37,690 nt of DNA from Candidatus Omnitrophota bacterium (GTDB lineage Bacteria > Omnitrophota > Gorgyraeia > Zapsychrales > Zapsychraceae): the NCBI GenBank assembly GCA_015233495.1, contig JADFXQ010000014.1, positions 1 through 37,690 of the forward strand, read 5' to 3'. The position numbers and the translations under genes are program-made. The notes beneath the pieces are model-generated. The model saw only the letters and a list, made by a program, of their open reading frames with translations. It did no database searches and was not told the origin of the DNA. Shown here piece after piece: positions 27,240-35,187 of the stretch. Numbering within the stretch: position 1 is the stretch's first letter; every line of letters begins with the position of its first letter.

Positions 27240-28090
27240 AAACCTTATATTTGTTTATCCTATATTTGATCGGCGCTCCGCTGGTTGGCGCCTGGTTAGC
27301 CGGTTGGGACCGGAGATTGTCAGCCCGTTTGCAAAGCCGGGTGGGTCCGCCGATCTTGCAGCCGGTGTATGATGTCCTGAAATTGACGCAAAAAGAGAAT
27401 ATGGTAGTGCGGCGGTCGCAGAATTTTTACATCGCGTATTATTTGATTTTTGTGATTTTTACCGGCGCTTTATTTTTTACCGGACAAGATATGTTGTTGA
27501 TCATTTTTTCGCTGATGTTGGCGAGCGTTTTTTTCGTGCTGGCCGGATTTAAAGCCAGTTCTCCATATAGCTTTATTGGCGCTCAGCGTGAGCTGGTGCA
27601 AATCATGGCCTATGAGCCGGCGGTGATTTTCGCGGCGATTGGTATGTATATGGTAACCGGCACCTTTGAAGTCTCCAAATTAGCGCAGACGAATCACTGG
27701 CTGATCCTGTCTTTGCCTGGCATTTTTTTCGCCTATCTGTTTATCTTAGCGATGAAATTACGCAAATCGCCTTTTGACATTTCGACTTCGCATCACGGCC
27801 ATCAGGAAGTCGTGAAAGGGATTACCACGGAATTTTCCGGCAAGGCTTTGGCAATGATTGAAGTGGCGCATTGGTATGAAACCACGTTCATTTTAGGGAT
27901 TGTTTATCTTTTTTTTGCCAAGAGCGTCGTTGCTGGGTTAAGCGCGGCATTGGCCGCTTATGTTTTTATGGTTTTTGTGGATAACGCTTTTGCCCGGGTG
28001 AAATGGCCGCTGGCCTTAGCCAGTTCGTGGATAGTGGCCTTTCTTTGCGGAGCTGGCAATATGATATGGTTATTTTTTACAAGGCATTAA
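27236..28090 (+). CDS. echB: Ech hydrogenase subunit B (NuoH-like)
   Basis: DRRLSARLQSRVGPPILQP, GAQRE, KSPFDISTSHHGHQEVVKG; ATGA overlap with echA. Confidence 0.93.
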   Translation: MKTLYLFILYLIGAPLVGAWLAGWDRRLSARLQSRVGPPILQPVYDVLKLTQKENMVVRRSQNFYIAYYLIFVIFTGALFFTGQDMLLIIFSLMLASVFFVLAGFKASSPYSFIGAQRELVQIMAYEPAVIFAAIGMYMVTGTFEVSKLAQTNHWLILSLPGIFFAYLFILAMKLRKSPFDISTSHHGHQEVVKGITTEFSGKALAMIEVAHWYETTFILGIVYLFFAKSVVAGLSAALAAYVFMVFVDNAFARVKWPLALASSWIVAFLCGAGNMIWLFFTRH

Positions 28091-28094
28091 ACCT

Positions 28095-29006
28095 ATGTTT
28101 TTAAAAAAATCTCCCTGGATTATTCATTATGACGGTTCAAGCTGCAACGGCTGTGACATTGAAGTCTTAGCTTGTTTAACTCCGTTATTTGATGTCGAGC
28201 GTTTTGGAATCATCAATACCGGGAATCCGAAACATGCTGATATTTTTTTAATCACCGGTTCGGTGAACGAACAAAATAAAGAAATCATTCAGAATATTTA
28301 TTGCCAGATGCCTGACCCGAAAGTGGTTGTGGCGATCGGGATTTGCGCTTGTTCCGGCGGTATTTTTGCCGAATGTTATAATGTGCTCGGCGGAGTGGCC
28401 AAGGTGATCCCGGTTGATGTTTTTGTGCCGGGCTGCGCGGCGCGGCCGGAATCGATCATTGACGGCGTGGTTAAAGGGTTGGCGGTTTTGGAAGAAAAAG
28501 GCAAAAAGTTTAAAAATATGAAAAAAGGCCTGGCAACTCTTTCAATTGATCCGGCGCAGATTCAAGACTCTGCTGAAATTTTAGCCTTACAGAAGGCGGC
28601 CTATCAGAGCGAGGCAGAGCTGTATAATGATTTTTCTTTATCGCCGTTAAATCAGTCTTTGGAAGAGATCAAAGCCGATTTTAAATCCAAAATATTTCTC
28701 AAGGCGGTGTTGAATAAAGTGATCGTCGGGTCCGTGCGCGCTTATCAGGAAAAAGAAACCTGCCACATCGGCCGATTGATTGTGCATCCTTTGTACCAGA
28801 ACTGGGGTATCGGCACCAAACTGCTTTACGCGATCGAAGCGCGGTTTCCGAACGCGGTTCGTTACGAATCATTTACCGGGCATAAGAGTAAACGCACGCT
28901 CTATTTCGGCCGCAAACGCGGTTATCGGGAATGCCGCAGAGAAAAAGTTTCTTTAAAGCGGGAACGGGTGTTTTTTGAGAAAACGCGGGAAGGGAAAGCC
29001 AGATGA
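28095..29006 (+). CDS. echC: Ech small subunit C fused to a C-terminal GNAT-fold domain
   Basis: Residues 1 to about 135: SCNGCDIE, GNPKHAD, GICACSGG, VPGCAARPE. Residues from about 142: EILALQKAAYQSEAELYNDF, IVGSVRA, IGRLIVHPLYQNWGIGTKLL. Confidence 0.92.
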   Translation: MFLKKSPWIIHYDGSSCNGCDIEVLACLTPLFDVERFGIINTGNPKHADIFLITGSVNEQNKEIIQNIYCQMPDPKVVVAIGICACSGGIFAECYNVLGGVAKVIPVDVFVPGCAARPESIIDGVVKGLAVLEEKGKKFKNMKKGLATLSIDPAQIQDSAEILALQKAAYQSEAELYNDFSLSPLNQSLEEIKADFKSKIFLKAVLNKVIVGSVRAYQEKETCHIGRLIVHPLYQNWGIGTKLLYAIEARFPNAVRYESFTGHKSKRTLYFGRKRGYRECRREKVSLKRERVFFEKTREGKAR

Positions 29007-29410
29007 TCGCAGCGCCAAAATTAATGACAGTAGAGTTAAAAAATCTCGTCGGGGCAGTCGCGGAATATAAAAAAAATCAATACCGGCTGGTTCAAATCGG
29101 CTGCACGCAGGTTGCCGACGGTTTTGAATTGAATTATTCGTTTGATAAAAATTATGCTTTTGAAAATTTGCAATTAAAATTGTCAATCAATCCCGAAACC
29201 GTACCGAGTGTCAGCGGCATCTATTTTAACGCTTTTCTTTACGAGAATGAGACGCATGATCTGTACGGTATTCCTTTTGAGAACATCGCCATTGATTATA
29301 AAGGCAATTTTTACCGGATGGCGGTTAAAAATCCTTTTGTCAATCCGCCGGCGAGTTTCGCAATTTCCGCTACCGCACCGGTAGCCTCACAACCGGGAGG
29401 CGCGGCATGA
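29003..29410 (+). CDS. echD: Ech hydrogenase subunit D (NuoC-like)
   Basis: YRLVQIGCT, PSVSGIYFNAFLYENETHDLYGI, IDYKG. Confidence 0.92.
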   Translation: MIAAPKLMTVELKNLVGAVAEYKKNQYRLVQIGCTQVADGFELNYSFDKNYAFENLQLKLSINPETVPSVSGIYFNAFLYENETHDLYGIPFENIAIDYKGNFYRMAVKNPFVNPPASFAISATAPVASQPGGAA

Positions 29411-30486
29411 GTCAAAGAACAATCATCCCGTTTGGACCGCAGCATCCGGTGCTGCCCGAGCCGATCCATTTGGATTTAGTTTTAGAAGATGAAAAAGTCG
29501 TGGAAGCGATTCCGTCAGTGGGATTTATTCACCGTGGTTTAGAAAAATTAGTGGAGAAGAAAGATTTTATTGATTTTACCTATGTCGCGGAACGGATCTG
29601 CGGGATCTGCAGTTTTATCCACGGCATGACCTATTGCATTGCTGTCGAAGAAATCTCCAAGATTGAGCCGCCGCCGCGCGCGCAATATCTGCGGGTGATC
29701 TGGTCGGAATTGTCCCGTTTGCACAGCCATCTGCTCTGGCTGGGCCTGATGGCGGACGCTTTTGGATTTGAAAGTTTATTTATGCATTCGTGGCGGGTGC
29801 GGGAGCTGATTTTGGATATCATTGAAGAAACCACGGGCGGCCGGGTGATTTTTGGTTCTGCCAAACCGGGCGGGGTGCGCCGGGATATAACGAATGAAAC
29901 TTTAAAATTGATCGTGCGTAAGCTGGCAGCTTATCAGACGGAAATGCAGGATATCGTCGACACGTTCCTTCACGATTCCTCGGTGAAACACCGGATGTGC
30001 GGCGTGGGCGTTTTGAGTAAAGAGCAAGCTTATGCCTTAGGCGCGGTTGGTCCGACCTTGCGGGCCAGCGGGTTTGTTTCGGATACGCGTCAATTGGGTT
30101 ATGCCGCATATAAAGATTTGTTTTTTGAACCGATTGTGGAAACCGCCGGGGATTCCTACGCCCGTTGCGCGGTGCGCTGTAAGGAATTGTTTCAGTCGGT
30201 TGAGATTATCCGTCAGGCAGTGGATAAAATTCCGGAGGGCCCGATTGACGTCAAGATCACGACTACTCCAAACGGTGAATTTTTCGCGCGCAGTGAGCAA
30301 CCGCGCGGAGAAGTCATTTATTACGCCAAAGGCGATGGTTCTAAATTTTTAAAACGACTGCGGGTGCGCACGCCCACTTTCGCGAACATTCCGCCTTTGC
30401 TGAAAATGTTGCCGGGATGCAGTCTGGCGGACGTTCCAGTTTTAGTCTTAACTATTGATCCGTGTATTAGTTGTACCGAGCGTTAA
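29407..30486 (+). CDS. echE: Ech [NiFe]-hydrogenase large subunit E
   Basis: PFGPQHPVLPEP, intact L1 ERICGIC and L2 DPCISCTER*. No C-terminal extension, as is typical of Ech. Confidence 0.96.
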   Translation: MSQRTIIPFGPQHPVLPEPIHLDLVLEDEKVVEAIPSVGFIHRGLEKLVEKKDFIDFTYVAERICGICSFIHGMTYCIAVEEISKIEPPPRAQYLRVIWSELSRLHSHLLWLGLMADAFGFESLFMHSWRVRELILDIIEETTGGRVIFGSAKPGGVRRDITNETLKLIVRKLAAYQTEMQDIVDTFLHDSSVKHRMCGVGVLSKEQAYALGAVGPTLRASGFVSDTRQLGYAAYKDLFFEPIVETAGDSYARCAVRCKELFQSVEIIRQAVDKIPEGPIDVKITTTPNGEFFARSEQPRGEVIYYAKGDGSKFLKRLRVRTPTFANIPPLLKMLPGCSLADVPVLVLTIDPCISCTER

Positions 30487-30505
30487 TCATAACAGTTCTT
30501 TGTCA

Positions 30506-30688
30506 TTTTTAATCAGTAAACAAGCGCTAAAAGCGGGGTTACTTCTAACACAATAAGGGTTTTTTGGCCAAAAGTCTGCGAGGCCGCGCTGAATGGGCGC
30601 GAAGCAGACGGCCAAAATAACCCGTGGCAGAAGAAAATTTCTTTTAGCCTTACTTACCTATTCAAAACTTCAAAGAGGCAAAATTATG
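30506..30688. repeat. Palindromic MITE/REP-like element, copy 2 (degenerate left arm)
   Basis: 37 nt identical to copy 1 (30548-30584 vs 13411-13447), near-identical right arm, and a 21-nt extra apical hairpin. Confidence 0.88.
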
Positions 30689-31024
30689 AAATTCTTTACT
30701 TTCACAAAAACTCTTTTAAAGGCGCTATTCGACAAACCGGCAACGGCAGCTTATCCGCTGGGCAAGAAGATTTATTTCGATAAGACCCGCGGCGCGGTAA
30801 AGATCGATATTAAGGCTTGTATTTTCTGCGGGCTTTGCCAGCGCAAATGTCCGACCGCGGCCATTAGCGTGACCAAAACACCTAAGACTTGGGAAATCGA
30901 CCGGATGCGCTGCATAACTTGCGGAGCTTGCGCAGAGGTCTGCCCCAAAAAATGTTTAATTTTGTCCAACCAATACAGCTCCCCGACATCCGGCGCTTTA
31001 AAGGAAATATTTCAAGATGCATGA
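30686..31024 (+). CDS. echF: Ech hydrogenase subunit F (2x[4Fe-4S], NuoI-like)
   Basis: KPATAAYP, CIFCGLCQRKCP, CITCGACAEVCP. Start moved to ATG 30686 after GAGG. Confidence 0.94.
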   Translation: MKFFTFTKTLLKALFDKPATAAYPLGKKIYFDKTRGAVKIDIKACIFCGLCQRKCPTAAISVTKTPKTWEIDRMRCITCGACAEVCPKKCLILSNQYSSPTSGALKEIFQDA

Positions 31025-31358
31025 GCATCACGCAGTTAAAAATCTTTTTGACCAAGTTCTCGAAAAAGCAAAATTAACGGACGCGGCCCGGATCACCAAG
31101 GTGGTGATCGTTATGGGCGAACTTCTGGGTTTTGATGAAGGCTCGGTGCGTCTCTATTTTGATCAAATGGCAGAAGGGACAATCGCCCAAGCCGCCGCAT
31201 TGGCTTTTACCAAACCGCCGACCCTATTCAAATGTCAAGGATGTAACGCCCAATTTCCCCGCGTTAAAGGCGAATTCGCCTGTCCCGCCTGCAAAAGCGA
31301 CCGTCTTTCCGCCGCCTCCGGAAAAGAATTTTATATTCAATCAATCGAAGTCGAGTAA
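31017..31358 (+). CDS. hypA: Nickel metallochaperone HypA
   Basis: MHE N-terminus, CQGC and CPAC zinc motifs, GKEFYIQSIEVE. Confidence 0.95.
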   Translation: MHEHHAVKNLFDQVLEKAKLTDAARITKVVIVMGELLGFDEGSVRLYFDQMAEGTIAQAAALAFTKPPTLFKCQGCNAQFPRVKGEFACPACKSDRLSAASGKEFYIQSIEVE

Positions 31359-31380
31359 TTGAGGATTCAGCCAACCGTTT

Positions 31381-32679
31381 ATGTGTTACGCAATTCCTGG
31401 GAAAATACATCGGATTGAAGCTAAAGGGGTGGTGGTCGATTATTTCGGCGAGCATAAATTCGCTCGCAATGAATTGATCGCTCTTTTGCCGGGAGATTAT
31501 GTCTTGGCGCAAGGCGGTTATGTTATCCAAAAAATCGATTCGCAGGAAGCGCGCAAGTCTTTGGCGGATTGGGAGGAGCTTTTTTTCGCGCTCAAAGAGA
31601 TTGACCGCGGCCGGACAACTTTGTCAAACGCTTTGCCGCCGGGCAATAGCCGTGGAGAAAAAATCTTAAAAAATGTTTTGGCGGACCGGCCTTTATCCGA
31701 CGCCGATGCCGGATTTTTGTTGGAATTGGCGGATGAAAAGACAATGACTTCACTTTATCAAACCGCGAATGTGCTGCGCCAACGGCAGCACAGTAATTCG
31801 TGCTGTGTGCACGGCATTATCGAAATATCCAATCAGTGTCTTCGCGGTTGTCGCTATTGCGGTATATCTACGTGGAATCGAGATTTAAAACGTTACCGTA
31901 TGACGAAAGCAGAAATTCTTCAAGCCGTATACGAGGCGGTCGAGGTTTATGGATTTAAATCTTTAGTTTTGCAAAGCGGCGAAGCCGCGGGTTACGGGCT
32001 GGAAGAATTGGCGGATATCACGCGAGAGATTAAACGGCGTCACGCGGTGTTGTTGATCATCAGCTTCGGCGAAATTGGGGTCCCGAGCCTGCGGCTTTTG
32101 TACGATGCCGGCTGCCGCGGTTTGTTGCTGCGTTTTGAGACTTCGAATCCTGATTTATTCGCTGGTTTGCGTCCCGGATCAACTTTGGAAAAGCGTTTGG
32201 CAGAATTGCGCGCCGCGGCAGATATCGGATATTTTTTAATTACCGGCGGTCTGTTGGGTTTACCGGGACAAACAATATCGGACATTGTTCAGGATATCCG
32301 TTTGGCCGCTTCGCTCAGCCCAGAGATGTTGAGTTTTGGCCCGTTTTTGCCGCATCCGGGCACGCCTTTAGCGGAAGGCGGTATCATTAACGAAACCTTG
32401 ATGTTCAAATCATTGGCTGTGGCGCGAATGATCGCTAACCCGCAAGCGAAAATTTTAGTTACCACGGCTTTCGAAACCCTGAGTCCTTTAGCTCGGGAAA
32501 AAGGACTGCAATGCGGCGGCAGTTCCGTTATGCTGAATGCCACGCCTTTAGTTTATCGACCGCTTTATTCCCTTTATCCCAACCGGGCGCACGCTCAAGA
32601 AACTATTTCCTGCCAAATTAAAGCAACGGTGGATCTCTTAAAGTCCTTAGGCCGCGCTCCGACGGATTTAGGGATTTAG
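31381..32679 (+). CDS. HypC-like domain fused to a HydE-like radical SAM domain
   Basis: MCYAIPGKI...VVDYFG...PGDYVLAQGGYVIQKIDSQEA is HypC-like. IEISNQCLRGCRYCG, VLQSGE, LLRFETSNP, GLPGQT, GPFLPHPGTP and NATPLVYRPLYSLYP are HydE/BioB/PylB-type. Confidence 0.88.
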   Translation: MCYAIPGKIHRIEAKGVVVDYFGEHKFARNELIALLPGDYVLAQGGYVIQKIDSQEARKSLADWEELFFALKEIDRGRTTLSNALPPGNSRGEKILKNVLADRPLSDADAGFLLELADEKTMTSLYQTANVLRQRQHSNSCCVHGIIEISNQCLRGCRYCGISTWNRDLKRYRMTKAEILQAVYEAVEVYGFKSLVLQSGEAAGYGLEELADITREIKRRHAVLLIISFGEIGVPSLRLLYDAGCRGLLLRFETSNPDLFAGLRPGSTLEKRLAELRAAADIGYFLITGGLLGLPGQTISDIVQDIRLAASLSPEMLSFGPFLPHPGTPLAEGGIINETLMFKSLAVARMIANPQAKILVTTAFETLSPLAREKGLQCGGSSVMLNATPLVYRPLYSLYPNRAHAQETISCQIKATVDLLKSLGRAPTDLGI

Positions 32680-32695
32680 ACCCGGAATCATTTTA

Positions 32696-32724
32696 TTGCC
32701 ATTTCCCCGCCGCCCGAGTATGAT
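32696..32724 (+). promoter_or_regulatory. Putative sigma70 promoter of the GGDEF gene
   Basis: TTGCCA (32696-32701), 17 bp, TATGAT (32719-32724). Confidence 0.4.
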
Positions 32725-32789
32725 AAACATAGTTTCGCCAGCTCTTTTAAAAAAGAAATTGGGTTTCGCAAAATCATTGTTAAACCAAA

Positions 32790-34208
32790 ATGAAAAATAT
32801 TAATCTTATTGATTCCCGTTATGCTTTGGCGGCGATCATCGATTCGTCTTTTGACGCGATAATCGCGATGACCGTTGACAATATTGTCATCAGCTGGAAT
32901 CATGCCGCGCAGCGGCTTTTAGGCTATGCCAGCGCCGAGATGGTCGGAAAATCTGCGGATTGTATGATTCCGGAAGATGGCGGCGCGCAGCGGCAAATTT
33001 TTGATCAGGTCAGGGCCGGCAAGCTGATCAAACATTATCAAACCGTCTGGCAGCATAAAAACGGGCAGTTGATACCAGTGTCTTTGGCGCTGTCGCCGAT
33101 TAAAGACGCCCTAGAGCATATTGTCGGCGTTTCCGCGATCGCCCGCGATATCACAGATAGAATTAAAATTGAGCACGCGCTGAAGGATTTGAATGATCAA
33201 ATTGCGTTGGAAAGAAATAAAATCAAGCAGGTGCTCGGCATTGAAGAACACTTGAATTCGATTTTTGATCTGAATAAATTGATTGATTTTGTTGTCCGGC
33301 AGACTATCGAAGTCTTAGACGCGGAAAAATGTTCGGTCGTGCTGGTGGATTATGACACGCGGGAATTATGCGTCAAAGGTCATAAAGGGATTGAATCCCG
33401 GTTTATTCTGGGCAAAAAAATTCTCCAGCCGGACTCCGTAGCGCGGATTATCGCGCGGGAAGGCCGGCCGATTTTAGTCTTGGATATCGAAGCGGACAGC
33501 CGTTTTTTGCGGCCGAAACAGGATTCCTACCGCACGGCATCTTTCATATCCGCGCCGATAAAATTGAGCGGCAATGTGCTTGGGTATATTAATGTGGCGG
33601 ATAAAAAAGCCGAAATGGGGGATGTCTTCTCCGAGCTGGATTTGAAAATATTGTCGATGATTGTCCGTCAGGTCGCCGTGGCTATGGAAAACGCCCGGCT
33701 GTATATTGATTTAAAACACCTTGCCATCACCGACCCGTTAACGCATATTTATAATTTTCGCTATTTTACCCGTTCGTTAGACCAGGAAATTGTGCGGTTG
33801 AAACGTTATCCCAGCCGCCCTTTATGTTTATTCATGATTGACGTCGATGATTTTAAATCCTACAATGACAATTTTGGTCATTTGGATGGGGACACGTTGC
33901 TGCAGTCGATTAGCAAAGTTTTGAAACAATGTGTGCGTGAAATAGATATCGTCTGCCGTTATGCCGGCGATGAATTTGTGGTGATTTTGCCGGAGACGAC
34001 CGCTCAAGAAGCGGCCGTGGTTGCCGAAAGAATCCAAAAGGGAGTTGCCGCCATGACTTTGAAGCAAAAAATGACGGTTAGTATTGGGGTCGCGCAATGC
34101 ACGAACCATAACACCAACCGCTATGAGCTTATTCAATCCGCGGATATGGCCTTGTTAACCGCGAAAAAAACCGGTAAAAATTCCATAGTGGATGCGATAG
34201 CCAGATGA
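32790..34208 (+). CDS. PAS-GAF-GGDEF diguanylate cyclase (AGDEF variant)
   Basis: PAS (SWNHAAQRLLGY...ARDIT), GAF (SFISAPI...AVAMENARLY), TDPLT, MIDVDDFKSYND, REID I-site, RYAGDEF. Confidence 0.93.
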   Translation: MKNINLIDSRYALAAIIDSSFDAIIAMTVDNIVISWNHAAQRLLGYASAEMVGKSADCMIPEDGGAQRQIFDQVRAGKLIKHYQTVWQHKNGQLIPVSLALSPIKDALEHIVGVSAIARDITDRIKIEHALKDLNDQIALERNKIKQVLGIEEHLNSIFDLNKLIDFVVRQTIEVLDAEKCSVVLVDYDTRELCVKGHKGIESRFILGKKILQPDSVARIIAREGRPILVLDIEADSRFLRPKQDSYRTASFISAPIKLSGNVLGYINVADKKAEMGDVFSELDLKILSMIVRQVAVAMENARLYIDLKHLAITDPLTHIYNFRYFTRSLDQEIVRLKRYPSRPLCLFMIDVDDFKSYNDNFGHLDGDTLLQSISKVLKQCVREIDIVCRYAGDEFVVILPETTAQEAAVVAERIQKGVAAMTLKQKMTVSIGVAQCTNHNTNRYELIQSADMALLTAKKTGKNSIVDAIAR

Positions 34209-35020
34209 ACACGAGTTCCTTGCAATATATTTACGGCCCGGTATATTCCTGGCGGCTGGGATGGTCTTTAGGGATAGACCCGATTTCCCGTCCGGAAAAA
34301 ATCTGTAATTTTGATTGTGTATATTGCCAGCTGGATTCTACTCAACGCTTACAAATTGATCGGGAAGTTTTTGTCCCGGCCGCGGCGATTGTCGCCGAAG
34401 CGCGCGCCATTAAGGATGTGACTATTGACTATTTAACTTTTTCGGGGAGAGGGGAGCCGACTTTGGCCGCAAATTTGGGCGAGATGATCGCGGCGCTGCG
34501 CGGTTCGCGCCCAGAAAAAATCGCGGTTATCACGAATGGCGGGTTATTGGGGCGCGAGGATGTCCGTCGGGATTTAAAGGGAGCTGATCGAGTGCTGATC
34601 AAATTTGACGCTGGGCGCCGCGCTTCCTGGCAAGCGGTGGACCGGCCGCATCCGGCGCAGACGTTTGCACAACTTCTCGCCGGGATTAAACAGTTTCGTC
34701 AGGCATTTTCCGGGCAGATCGCGTTTCAGTTAATGTTTATTGAGGCCAATAAAAATGAAGCGGCAGCGATGGCCGAACTTTTAAAGACTTTGCGTCCTGA
34801 CGAGATACAGTTGAATACGCCCTTAAGGCCCAGCGGAGTTTCGCCTTTAAACGAGGCGGCAATGCGTAAAATCCAAAAGCAATTTCATTTTTTTTCTTGT
34901 CCGGTGCGTATGGTTTATGAAGCGCAAAAGCAGGAATATTTGCCCCTTAATGATCATGACACAGCCTTAAGACATGGAAATTTTCATTCTAAACCCGTAA
35001 AAGGGGAAAAAACCCTATAA
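34205..35020 (+). CDS. Radical SAM protein, COG0731-like
   Basis: YGPVYSWRLGWSLGID, CNFDCVYCQ, FSGRGEPTL, ITNG, QLNTPLRP. Confidence 0.88.
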   Translation: MNTSSLQYIYGPVYSWRLGWSLGIDPISRPEKICNFDCVYCQLDSTQRLQIDREVFVPAAAIVAEARAIKDVTIDYLTFSGRGEPTLAANLGEMIAALRGSRPEKIAVITNGGLLGREDVRRDLKGADRVLIKFDAGRRASWQAVDRPHPAQTFAQLLAGIKQFRQAFSGQIAFQLMFIEANKNEAAAMAELLKTLRPDEIQLNTPLRPSGVSPLNEAAMRKIQKQFHFFSCPVRMVYEAQKQEYLPLNDHDTALRHGNFHSKPVKGEKTL

Positions 35021-35030
35021 AATCAGGAAA

Positions 35031-35084
35031 ACACCATATCTTGTATAAAATTTTGCTTGACACACCATATGTTGTGTGTATAAT
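35031..35084 (+). promoter_or_regulatory. Tandem NrdR boxes overlapping the nrdD promoter
   Basis: ACACCATATCTTGTAT (35031-35046) and ACACCATATGTTGTGT (35062-35077), 31 bp apart; TTGACA (35057-35062) and TATAAT (35079-35084). Confidence 0.9.
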
Positions 35085-35187
35085 GAATTTATCCGCAAGA
35101 ACAAAACCTAGCCAATGCCCAAAATGGCGCGTTTTGGAAGGATGAATAAATTTATTGATTTTTAGATCATTACGAAAGGGTGCTCCG

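Noticed and set aside
30593..30685. N-terminal extension of EchF in the ORF track
   Set aside because: It is translated repeat sequence; the EchF-like sequence begins at ATG 30686.
31381..32679. Biotin synthase BioB or a plain HydE call
   Set aside because: No bio or hydA/F/G genes nearby, motifs are closer to HydE than BioB, and a plain call ignores the HypC domain.
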